DNA of 28,637 bases from Candidatus Heimdallarchaeota archaeon (GTDB lineage Archaea; Asgardarchaeota; Heimdallarchaeia; Heimdallarchaeales; Heimdallarchaeaceae). Numbering within the stretch: position 1 is the stretch's first letter; each line of letters begins with the position of its first letter. Under the pieces are notes generated by a model. The model made no database searches and was not told the origin of the DNA. It worked only from the letters and a program-made list of their open reading frames with translations. The stretch spans positions 1-28,637 of the forward strand of contig JAEOTE010000072.1 in assembly GCA_016839945.1 (NCBI GenBank), in the 5' to 3' direction. A program made the position numbers and the translations under genes. Shown piece by piece: positions 1 through 8,242 of the stretch.

Positions 1-2
1 TG

Positions 3-794
3 TGTTCATATCCATCCTTCAATAAGAAGCAAACCGATCCAAAACTATCTAAGGACATGAATGCTGTTGTATCACTTGTTACAACAGGGAGAAGCATAAG
101 ATCATCAGCTAGCATAAAATTAAGACAACCCCTTGCAGAACTAGTTGTAATAGCCCCATTAGGTAAAGAGAATCTAATTGAAGAATACAATGAAGTTCTA
201 CGTGAAGAACTTAATGTGAAGAAAGTATCTCTTCAAGACACCTCAGATGAGCTTGTTAAATATTTAATAACTCCAAACTTTAAATCCTTAGCTCCTAAAG
301 TAAAATCTGCTATCAATGATATAAAGACACAATTGAGTAAGTTAGATCCTAAGGTAGCAAGTGAATATGTCAAACAACTATCCGAAAACAAAGAAATTTC
401 TTTGAATGTTAATGATAAGAAATACACTTTAGCTCCTGAAGATGTTAATTACAAAATTGAAGTTCTGGAAGGTTTTACAGGTGAAGAATCTGAAGGATAT
501 CTCTTATTATTCAATACCACTATAACTGAAGAACTTAGACAAGAAGGATATGTTAGAGACATAATACGAAGAGTACAAACAATGAGAAAAGAATTGGATC
601 TTGAATATACTCAGAATATACTTCTTACCATCGAAACAGATGATTTTGGAAAAATAGCTGTAGAGAACCATTTGGATTTCTTAAAAGAAGAAACATTGAG
701 TAAAGAACTTAATTTCGCTAAACCTACAGAGGGTCACATAAAACATTGGGAGTTTGATGATTACAAAGTAACTATTGGAGTTGTCAAACAATAA
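3..794 (+). CDS. ileS: Isoleucyl-tRNA synthetase, C-terminal part (5' truncated by the window)
   Basis: Frame is open from position 3 (CSYPSFNKKQTDPKLSKDM...). Motifs GRSIRSSASIKLRQPL, REELNVK and EGYVRDIIRRVQTMRKELDL are typical of the C-terminus of archaeal/eukaryote-type IleRS. Confidence 0.93.
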   Translation, partial: CSYPSFNKKQTDPKLSKDMNAVVSLVTTGRSIRSSASIKLRQPLAELVVIAPLGKENLIEEYNEVLREELNVKKVSLQDTSDELVKYLITPNFKSLAPKVKSAINDIKTQLSKLDPKVASEYVKQLSENKEISLNVNDKKYTLAPEDVNYKIEVLEGFTGEESEGYLLLFNTTITEELRQEGYVRDIIRRVQTMRKELDLEYTQNILLTIETDDFGKIAVENHLDFLKEETLSKELNFAKPTEGHIKHWEFDDYKVTIGVVKQ

Positions 795-812
795 TTTTTC
801 TTTTTTATTTTT
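795..812 (+). terminator. Oligo-T archaeal terminator after ileS
   Basis: T-rich tract (tttttcttttttattttt) directly after the stop codon. Confidence 0.5.
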
Positions 813-876
813 GCTCAAATTAACAAAGTAAAAAAAGCATTTTTAAAAAACTATTAAAAGAAAAAGGATACTAGTT

Positions 877-945
877 ATATGTGGCGATGATTTAACCGTC
901 CCAGACAGATATATGATGAACTCACGACGAAATGAGCCACCATAT
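877..945 (+). ncRNA. Box C/D 2'-O-methylation guide sRNA
   Basis: Terminal complementarity GTGGC (881-885) / GCCAC (936-940), extendable with ATAT/ATAT. Box C-like GCGATGA (884-890), D' CAGA (902-905 or 906-909), C' ATGATGA (913-919), 12-nt guide, D-like ATGA (932-935). The guide CTCACGACG is antisense to the conserved rRNA sequence CGUCGUGAG. TATA-like tracts lie at 841-859. Confidence 0.75.
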
Positions 946-1016
946 TCTTCATTTTAAAATAAACATCCATTCACGAAAATATAAAGTTTTAATTAGTCTT
1001 CTTCAAATAGACTTTC

Positions 1017-2582
1017 GTGAATAAAACTAATCCCAATTCAATTGAAATTCTCTTTCACCAACCTGGGCATTTGAAGGGTGTTACAAGAATACTACAATCA
1101 AATGATTTTCTTTTTACTGGTGGTGATGATGGAAGAATTTGCATCTGGGATTTATATCTAAAGAAGGAGGTTGCATGTCTCTATGCTCATAATTCTGCAA
1201 TAAGTGATATTCAAAAACTAAATGGATTGAATATAATTGCTACTTCCTCAAAGGAATTAGAAATAAAACTATGGTCACTTGATGATTTTAATCTTTTAAG
1301 TTCAAAAAAAGCACATTCAACAGCAATTATAGGAGCAAAACCTTGGAAAAATCGACTTATTAGCGCAGGTCGCGATAACATGCTAAAAAAGTGGGTTTTA
1401 GAGGAAAATAATCTTGTAGAAGAAGCTAGATTAAAAATGCCTGATATGGATAATTTCTTTATATTCGATGATTGGATAGTGATTTCAAATCATGATGGTT
1501 TAGTTAGTATTCTTGATGCTAATGATTTCAATAGTACAAAATATCTTAAAATAACAAAATCCATTGTAATTAAGGCAATAAAGAAAGCATCTAATTATAT
1601 CAAATCATTCCATAAAAAAGATCCTCATAGCTTATTGTTAAATCTGGCAAGAAGAAATGGCTTCCCTTTAACTTCTTTTAAGATACTGGATGGTTACATT
1701 ATATTTGGGCACCAGTTTGGATTAGTTTCAATTTGGTCTAAAGAAAGAATGAAACTTATTGAAACCTTCTTTGTTCATGATAAACATATAACTGGAATTG
1801 AGGTAGTAGACAATATCTTGTTTACAACAGCTCTCGATTTAAGTGCTTCAATTTTTGATTTAGAGAAAAAAGAACTTCTAAAATATGAAAAATTCGCATC
1901 TCGTCCATTATCACTTCTGAAAACAGAAAAAGAAGATTTGGTTGTAGGTTTGGAATCAGGCAAAATTCTCATGTTGAATCAGAAACTAGAAATGATAAAT
2001 GAGCAGGACTCCATAGTAGGAATATCAAGTGCTTGTATATCACCAAAACATATAGGAATTTCTTTCAATAATGGAGATGTTGCCATATACAACCATAAAT
2101 TTGACTTGATTCACAGAAAAAAACTTCATGATAAATCAGTTATTGGGATTTATTATTTCAAGAACCGCTTCATATCAGTAGGAGAGGATAATAAAATCTC
2201 TTTTTTTAATGAAAAACTAGAAGTAATTAAGAACATGATACTATCTACAAAGACCACCAATGTTTCACAAGCAAAACAGTATATTACTTTAACTTCAAAC
2301 CAAGTTCTTGACTTGAATAAGGATGAGATTATCAAAGGAGAGATCTCTAGACAAACTGAAAGGGAATTCAATTCTCTAGATATTATGAGATTTAAAATAA
2401 CGATTGGAGACTTGCTGATTGAATTAAACATTGATCCCCAAGACACTAATTCTATTTTCAAGTTTCAGGAATTCTATGGAGAGGAATTGTTTGATTCCAT
2501 TAGAAAAATAGCAGATTCCATAATTCAAACACCCTATTACAAGAATTCTTCATCATCTGTTATTTCATCTGAGAAAGCATAA
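1017..2582 (+). CDS. WD40-repeat beta-propeller protein
   Basis: Repeats such as GHLKGVT...LFTGGDDGRICIWD, AHNSAISD...ATSSKELEIKLWS, AHSTAI...LISAGRDNMLKKW, VHDKHITG...FTTALDLSASIFD and LHDKSVIG...ISVGEDNKISFF. Confidence 0.9.
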   Translation: MNKTNPNSIEILFHQPGHLKGVTRILQSNDFLFTGGDDGRICIWDLYLKKEVACLYAHNSAISDIQKLNGLNIIATSSKELEIKLWSLDDFNLLSSKKAHSTAIIGAKPWKNRLISAGRDNMLKKWVLEENNLVEEARLKMPDMDNFFIFDDWIVISNHDGLVSILDANDFNSTKYLKITKSIVIKAIKKASNYIKSFHKKDPHSLLLNLARRNGFPLTSFKILDGYIIFGHQFGLVSIWSKERMKLIETFFVHDKHITGIEVVDNILFTTALDLSASIFDLEKKELLKYEKFASRPLSLLKTEKEDLVVGLESGKILMLNQKLEMINEQDSIVGISSACISPKHIGISFNNGDVAIYNHKFDLIHRKKLHDKSVIGIYYFKNRFISVGEDNKISFFNEKLEVIKNMILSTKTTNVSQAKQYITLTSNQVLDLNKDEIIKGEISRQTEREFNSLDIMRFKITIGDLLIELNIDPQDTNSIFKFQEFYGEELFDSIRKIADSIIQTPYYKNSSSSVISSEKA

Positions 2583-2583
2583 A

Positions 2584-3060
2584 CTATTCATATTTTTCGA
2601 ATACAACATTAGAATTATCCAACCATCCAGACCTCAAGATAGGATCTGTATAATCTTCAATGAAAACTACACGTTTGATTCCTACATTAATAATTGCCAT
2701 TGTACAATTACTACAAGGTCTTGTTGTTGTATAGAGAGTTGTTCCTTCAGGACTAAATCCAGCTGTTGCAGCCTGTAATATTGCATTCAGTTCTGCGTGT
2801 ACTGCAGGACATAACTCATTTTTTTCTCCGGATTCTTCAAATAATTTAGTACAATTTTCCTCACTGCAATGTTCTATTCCTCTTGGAACCCCATTATATC
2901 CTGTAGACACAATTTGCCGTTTATCATTTACTAAAACTGCTCCTACTTGTCTTCGGATACAAGTTGACCTAGTTTTTACAATTTCAGCAATTTGCATAAA
3001 ATAATCGTCACATGTAGGTCTGGAAATATTACTATTTCTTGTTACTTCTTTCTCTGACAT
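2584..3060 (-). CDS. dCMP deaminase (ComEB/DCTD family)
   Basis: RPTCDDYFM, RSTCIRRQVGA, STGYNG, zinc motifs HAELNA and PCSNC. The ATG at 3060 is preferred to the TTG at 3075. Confidence 0.9.
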   Translation of the reverse strand: MSEKEVTRNSNISRPTCDDYFMQIAEIVKTRSTCIRRQVGAVLVNDKRQIVSTGYNGVPRGIEHCSEENCTKLFEESGEKNELCPAVHAELNAILQAATAGFSPEGTTLYTTTRPCSNCTMAIINVGIKRVVFIEDYTDPILRSGWLDNSNVVFEKYE

Positions 3061-3084
3061 TCCAGATAAAAACAAAATTAGTCT

Positions 3085-3435
3085 TTAATCAACATTATGG
3101 TTATAACTTCCTAGAGAATCAAGGTATTCCTTTGCTTTTCTGATTATACCACTCACATATAATGGGTGCAGAATTATCTCATGATCATTAATGCTAGTTA
3201 TAAACGCTAATGCAATCATTAATGAAGATAAAGACCGACTATTGCATCTAATTAAACCACTCTGCATGTCATCACTAAAAAACTCAAAATACAAGCCTGC
3301 TTCTGTTGTTCCTTTTAATCCGAAAAGTTGTTTATATTTCTCCCATACTGCATTTTTCAAAATTGAGATATCATCTATTATGGTTTGTGAAATTACCTTA
3401 AAAACAACATATCTATCACGTTCAATAACAGTCAT
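3085..3435 (-). CDS. rnp2: RNase P protein component Pop5/Rpp14
   Basis: RDRYVVF, LFGLKG, GLIRC and VSGIIRKAK motifs; 4-nt overlap with the Rpp30 gene, the usual archaeal pairing. Confidence 0.88.
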   Translation of the reverse strand: MTVIERDRYVVFKVISQTIIDDISILKNAVWEKYKQLFGLKGTTEAGLYFEFFSDDMQSGLIRCNSRSLSSLMIALAFITSINDHEIILHPLYVSGIIRKAKEYLDSLGSYNHNVD

Positions 3436-4277
3436 CTATGAAACCCCCTTACACCCTCAAAGAGGTAGGAATCATCAAGTTTAATCACGTTTTTTATTAA
3501 GTTTGAAAACTGATAATCGTAAGTGTTTTTTTTCGTTTTGTTATAAGGAATACCTAGAAATTCACCTATGCAACGCATTTGAGAACTATTTCGAAGTTGA
3601 TAAGGAGTAGAAGGATTTGCACTAAAAATAAAAGGAGTATTATACGATTTTATTATTTTCAACATCTTTTTACTGTTTCTAATAACAGTGCTGAGTTCCT
3701 GTTCAGTCTTAGTTTCTAGCAAAGGGGAAATAACAAATTCAAAATATTTATTGGATTGTTTCATTACTGAACAGAGTGCTTTATCTATAACTTGGCTATT
3801 GTAACTTGCATCTAGAATTATATAATCGATTCTTCTGTCTTGTGCAGCCCATTTAAGGACTTTTTTATCATTAGTTTTCAAGCATATAATTTCATATTGT
3901 TTACGAAGCTCTGAAAGAAGTTTTTTTACTGAAGCAATGGTACCTTCTTCTATTGTCTTTCTTGATCCAATAACTATTGCTTTTTCCTTTTCCAGATATG
4001 AAAATTTAATTTGATCTGCAATATCTTCAAAACTAAATGCTTTCTTGTTCAATTTTTTATAGATATCTTGTAAGGATAAGAATTGGTAATTTTCATTGTC
4101 AGAAGATTGAAGAATTTTTTTCTTATCAGAGATCGAGAAATCATTAAAAATTAGAAGAGAAATACTTAATTTTAAAGCCATGTCAGCAAAATCTTTAACC
4201 TTATACTCGTAGCACATGGAAACATAATTTTCGCAAGATAATAATTGTTTTCTTTTGCTTATGACTTCCTTTTGCAT
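3432..4277 (-). CDS. rnp3: RNase P protein component Rpp30
   Basis: WAAQDRRIDYI, YFEFVISPLL and PFIFSANPSTPYQLR motifs; adjacent to Pop5. Confidence 0.85.
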   Translation of the reverse strand: MQKEVISKRKQLLSCENYVSMCYEYKVKDFADMALKLSISLLIFNDFSISDKKKILQSSDNENYQFLSLQDIYKKLNKKAFSFEDIADQIKFSYLEKEKAIVIGSRKTIEEGTIASVKKLLSELRKQYEIICLKTNDKKVLKWAAQDRRIDYIILDASYNSQVIDKALCSVMKQSNKYFEFVISPLLETKTEQELSTVIRNSKKMLKIIKSYNTPFIFSANPSTPYQLRNSSQMRCIGEFLGIPYNKTKKNTYDYQFSNLIKNVIKLDDSYLFEGVRGFHR

Positions 4278-4501
4278 AGATTCTCCTCTAATAGCTACAA
4301 TTCCTTATTTCTAGTTTCTTCAAAAACTTTCTTACTTAACACTAATTCGTTAAAGATTTCTTCAAAGAAAAACATTAAATAGCTAAATTCAGAGAATGCT
4401 TAAAATCTACAAGCCAAAAATTAATAAACAGCTTAAGGAAACTCTCCTTCATTAGTATAATAATAAAGATAATCCTTCAATAATATGGAGAAGCACGGAA
4501 A

Positions 4502-4990
4502 ATGAGCATTTATGAAACACTCTGGAAAGACGAGAAAAACAGAACATTACTTATTGGTTCTATAGTTACAATAGCTTGTATTATTCTAGCCATTCTTTTT
4601 GCAATGGTAGATCAAAGAACAGCCCCAAATTGGATAAAAGGTCTTTATTATGATTTAAATGACCCAGAACCTCCTTACAAGGTAGGCTTAACCATAATTG
4701 AGATGATCCTCATTTCAGTTCTCTATTTCTTCTTATTGATATCCCTCGCAACTTATAGTGAGATTAGAGCAAAATTACCCTCCTGGGGTACAATATTAAT
4801 CAGTGCTATTATAACCATTTTATTTACATGGTTTATAACTTCGCTTCATCCTGCTGGTCCAGCACTTCCAACGAATTTTACAAGTGGAATGCAATGGACA
4901 ATTTTTGGAGTACTTATAGCTTTTATGTTTCTATCTGTAATTTATATTTTTATGACTGAAGGACCAGAAGAAGAGAAGAAGAAAAAATAA
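4502..4990 (+). CDS. Hypothetical integral membrane protein (4 predicted TM helices, C-terminal EEEKKKK)
   Basis: Four hydrophobic stretches of about 20 residues; GGAG Shine-Dalgarno-like sequence upstream. Confidence 0.75.
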   Translation: MSIYETLWKDEKNRTLLIGSIVTIACIILAILFAMVDQRTAPNWIKGLYYDLNDPEPPYKVGLTIIEMILISVLYFFLLISLATYSEIRAKLPSWGTILISAIITILFTWFITSLHPAGPALPTNFTSGMQWTIFGVLIAFMFLSVIYIFMTEGPEEEKKKK

Positions 4991-5008
4991 ATAAAACAGA
5001 TTTTTTCT

Positions 5009-5416
5009 TTAAGAAGAAACAACTTCGGTTATAAGTTCCTCAAGTGGTTTGCTTCCTTTTTTCGATACTTTCATATTAATTTGGTAGGAGATTTCTGATA
5101 TTGTATTTCCCCTTACTGCCTTACGAACTCGTTTCCCTTTTCTAGGTACACGATAACCAGTTCCTCCACTAAGAAGATATTTTCTTCGTCCAACCCCATC
5201 TATACTTCTTCTATGAGGGAAACCATCTTTATCACTTCCTCCTGTGATAATAAACTCATAATTTGGTAAACCTACCAGATTACCTTCAACTTTATCTCCA
5301 ATTTTTAATCCTATTAATGAGGTAGCTTGAGCTTCCCTTACGATTTTGGTATGACATTTACCTTTGTCATCTCCGATATTAAGTTTGAATTCTAGTTGTC
5401 TTGATTCTCTTGACAT
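5009..5416 (-). CDS. rps6e: 30S ribosomal protein S6e (eS6)
   Basis: LIGLKIGD, ITGGSDKDGFP, RKAVRGNTI and QINMK motifs; GAGGAG upstream. Confidence 0.97.
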   Translation of the reverse strand: MSRESRQLEFKLNIGDDKGKCHTKIVREAQATSLIGLKIGDKVEGNLVGLPNYEFIITGGSDKDGFPHRRSIDGVGRRKYLLSGGTGYRVPRKGKRVRKAVRGNTISEISYQINMKVSKKGSKPLEELITEVVSS

Positions 5417-5625
5417 TCTTAACGCTCCTCAAAGTAACGCTTAAGGCTGATACTATTTTATGTTAATTATTAGCCATGTGAACTGTTTTTAATAGTTTTC
5501 ATATTTAACAAAATAGAAAGTATATGAAAAAGCATTTAAAATGTTACTTGATTTTGAGTAGGATTATTCAGCCAAATTTAAATACTTGATAGCTAAAATA
5601 TACCCAGACTAGTTTAGGTGCGTAT

Positions 5626-6573
5626 ATGGCTCCACAACCTATTAACATCACCAGCAGTTCTGAAGCTTCTTTACCTAGATGTCCAGATTGTAATTCAACT
5701 AAACTAACTTTTGATTCTACAAGAGGTGAAATTTGTTGTGGTATCTGTGGACTTGTTGTAGAAGATTCATACATAGATCAAACTGCAGAATGGAGAGCAT
5801 ATACAAAAGAGCAGCACATTAGAAGAGCAAGGACAGGAACACCAAAGAGTCTGTTATCTTATGATCACTATGGAACATTAATTGATTACTCAAATAAGGA
5901 TATTTTTGGAAACTCACTATCTCCTGAAAAAGCTAGTCAAATGTTTAGACTAAGGACTCTTCAAAGAAGAGCGGTTCTTCAATATGGAACAGAAAGGAAC
6001 TTACTAAGAGCCCTTAATGAAATAAAGAGAATCAGTAGTCAACTCAATTTAACTGTAAAAGTTCGTGAAACTGCGGCAATGATTTATCGAAAGATATTGA
6101 AAACTGGTTTGGTTAGAGGAAGATCCACAGAAGCGTTGGTTTCTGCTGCTTTGTACCTTTCTTGTAGGCTTCACAAGCAACCAGCTAGTTTAGAAGATGT
6201 TGCGGATAAAACTAGATTGAATAAAAAGAAACTAGCTAAGAACTTCAGATTGCTATTAAAACATTTAGACTTAAAAATGCCTTTAGCAAGTCCAGAGAGC
6301 AGTATTGCTAAATTTACTTCAGTTTTGAATTTTCCACCTAAAGTATTAACTGATGCACAAACAATTTTATCTCAAGCAAAAAGTGCAAAAATAACAGTTG
6401 GTAAAAATCCAAATTCTCTTGCAGCAGCAGCTTTGTACATAGCAGCATTGCAAAACAAGATTAAATGCCCGCAGAACGAAATTGCCAAAACATGCCAAAT
6501 AACAGAGGTAACATTGAGAAATAGATATAAAGAATTTGTAAAAGTTTTAAAACTGAAAATTCATTTAACCTAA
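5626..6573 (+). CDS. tfb: Transcription initiation factor IIB (TFB)
   Basis: Zn ribbon CPDC...CGICGLV, B-reader EWRAY, ERNL, two cyclin folds (LVRGRS, GKNP) and the C-terminal HTH ITEVTLRNRYKE. Confidence 0.95.
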   Translation: MAPQPINITSSSEASLPRCPDCNSTKLTFDSTRGEICCGICGLVVEDSYIDQTAEWRAYTKEQHIRRARTGTPKSLLSYDHYGTLIDYSNKDIFGNSLSPEKASQMFRLRTLQRRAVLQYGTERNLLRALNEIKRISSQLNLTVKVRETAAMIYRKILKTGLVRGRSTEALVSAALYLSCRLHKQPASLEDVADKTRLNKKKLAKNFRLLLKHLDLKMPLASPESSIAKFTSVLNFPPKVLTDAQTILSQAKSAKITVGKNPNSLAAAALYIAALQNKIKCPQNEIAKTCQITEVTLRNRYKEFVKVLKLKIHLT

Positions 6574-6984
6574 TTAATGTTCATGAACTTTATCCATTGT
6601 AACATCTTTTACTTCTGCAATAGATTGTAATATATCTTTGATTTCATCAAGATCCTTTGTTAGATTTTTTTCTTGGAGAAAACCTTCCCAAAAGCATCTA
6701 TTTTCAACTAAACACAAACCAGTACTATATACAACTTTAGTTGCAAATTCCGAAATCTTATGCATTATTTTAGCAACTATTTCAGGTGTAAGCGGAAAAA
6801 TTTGAATGCTCAATTTGAATACATCTGAAGCTACAGGAAAGAAATACAAAGCTCTTGCATTCATAGAATAGATGCTTAAGATACTATTAGATTCAGACAT
6901 TTTAGATAATGCAGAAAGCACTTTATCATCAATTTTTATTTGTTCAGAGGATCTATATATTACAGAATGAGTTAGTTCTTCCAT
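6574..6984 (-). CDS. Hypothetical protein, possibly with an ACT-like C-terminal domain
   Basis: ORF with a beta-alpha-beta-beta-alpha-beta-like pattern in its C-terminal part (FKLSIQI...VVYSTGLC...CFWEGFL...VKDVTM). The frame stays open upstream of the ATG. Confidence 0.6.
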   Translation of the reverse strand: MEELTHSVIYRSSEQIKIDDKVLSALSKMSESNSILSIYSMNARALYFFPVASDVFKLSIQIFPLTPEIVAKIMHKISEFATKVVYSTGLCLVENRCFWEGFLQEKNLTKDLDEIKDILQSIAEVKDVTMDKVHEH

Positions 6985-7146
6985 AGGAGCACCATTAGTA
7001 GTAATATCATATATGGCTTTTTCTGCCAGTTCTTTGTTTACTATTACGTCAAAGCATTTAAACTCTTTCCTAGTCCAATTTAGGAAAACTAAACTAAATA
7101 TGTGAAATCGAAAGAAACTAATAAACCATAACTAAATTTTCATGAA

Positions 7147-7734
7147 ATGGAATTATATTTCATAACTCACAATAAGTCCAAATATCTAGAAGCTGAAGAA
7201 ATAGGAAGAGAATATTCAGTTAGTATCAAATTGTTTGATTTGGAATATGAAGAAATACAAGATAATAAACTGGAAACTATTGCTCTCATGAGTTGTAAAA
7301 GAGTTCTTCAGGAAAAACCAGAACTAAAAAACAAGAATTTTTTCGTAGAAGATGCAGGATTGTTCATTAAATCGTTAAATGGATTTCCTGGCCCATATTC
7401 TTCTTATATCTTTAAAACCATTGGAAATGAAGGAATTCTTAAATTAATGAAGGGAGAGGAAGATAGAAGATCACATTTCAAATCAGTAATAGCTTATCAT
7501 TCCAAGAATGAAACTAAAATTCACACAGGAAAAACAGAAGGAAAAATAAGTCACGACATCAGAGGTGAAAAGGGATTTGGATTTGATCCTATTTTTAGAC
7601 CTGATGAAAACGATATAACTTTCGCAGAGATGTCACTGGAAACCAAGAATTTATATTCCCATCGTCAAAAGTCACTTCGAGAATTATTAACCTCTATAGC
7701 AGCCTTCGCACGCAAGAAAATAGATGGTGAATAA
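7147..7734 (+). CDS. rdgB: XTP/dITP diphosphatase (RdgB/Ham1 ITPase)
   Basis: FITHNKSK, EDAGLFIKSLNGFPGPYS, GFGFDPIF and TFAEM...KNLYSHR motifs. Confidence 0.96.
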   Translation: MELYFITHNKSKYLEAEEIGREYSVSIKLFDLEYEEIQDNKLETIALMSCKRVLQEKPELKNKNFFVEDAGLFIKSLNGFPGPYSSYIFKTIGNEGILKLMKGEEDRRSHFKSVIAYHSKNETKIHTGKTEGKISHDIRGEKGFGFDPIFRPDENDITFAEMSLETKNLYSHRQKSLRELLTSIAAFARKKIDGE

Positions 7735-7735
7735 A

Positions 7736-8188
7736 ATGGCAAGAATGCACGCAAGAAAAAGAGGAAAAGCAAGTTCAACAAGACCTTATAGAAATCAAGC
7801 ACCAGAATGGCTTTCTCATGATAAGAAATTTATAAACAAGAAAGTAGAGGAGCTAAGAAGAAAAGGTCTATCGACTAGCATGATAGGAGTAATTCTTCGA
7901 GACCAATATGGGATTCCTAATGTAAGAGAGGTTTTAGGCACTAAAATGTCTCACATTGTAAAAGAACTCAATCTAGAACCAAAATACCCAGAAGATATGG
8001 TGAATCTTGTAAAAAAAGCATCTAATCTAAGGAAACATCTTGAAGAAAATAAAAAGGATTTACACAGTAGAAGAGGTCTACAACTAATTGAATCAAAAAT
8101 TCGTCGATTGGTTAAGTATTACAAAAAGAAAGGTATTTTTCCACCTGAATGGAAGTATGATCCTCAAACAGCAGGACTTTTGCTTTAG
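7736..8188 (+). CDS. rps15: 30S ribosomal protein S15 (uS15, S13e-like)
   Basis: MARMHARKRGKASSTRP, IGVILRDQYGIP and DLHSRRGLQLIESKIRRLVKYYK. The ATG at 7736 follows GGTGA at 7726-7730. Confidence 0.97.
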   Translation: MARMHARKRGKASSTRPYRNQAPEWLSHDKKFINKKVEELRRKGLSTSMIGVILRDQYGIPNVREVLGTKMSHIVKELNLEPKYPEDMVNLVKKASNLRKHLEENKKDLHSRRGLQLIESKIRRLVKYYKKKGIFPPEWKYDPQTAGLLL

Positions 8189-8242
8189 GTTGCGATATTT
8201 TTTTATTTTTCAAATTTTACCTTATTGTAAATGGTGATTACT

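Noticed and set aside
881-930. Fluoride riboswitch (GGCGATG...TGATGA)
   Set aside because: Lacks the GGNGAUGG-NN-UCNCC stem and has no crcB/eriC neighbour; box C/D architecture fits better.
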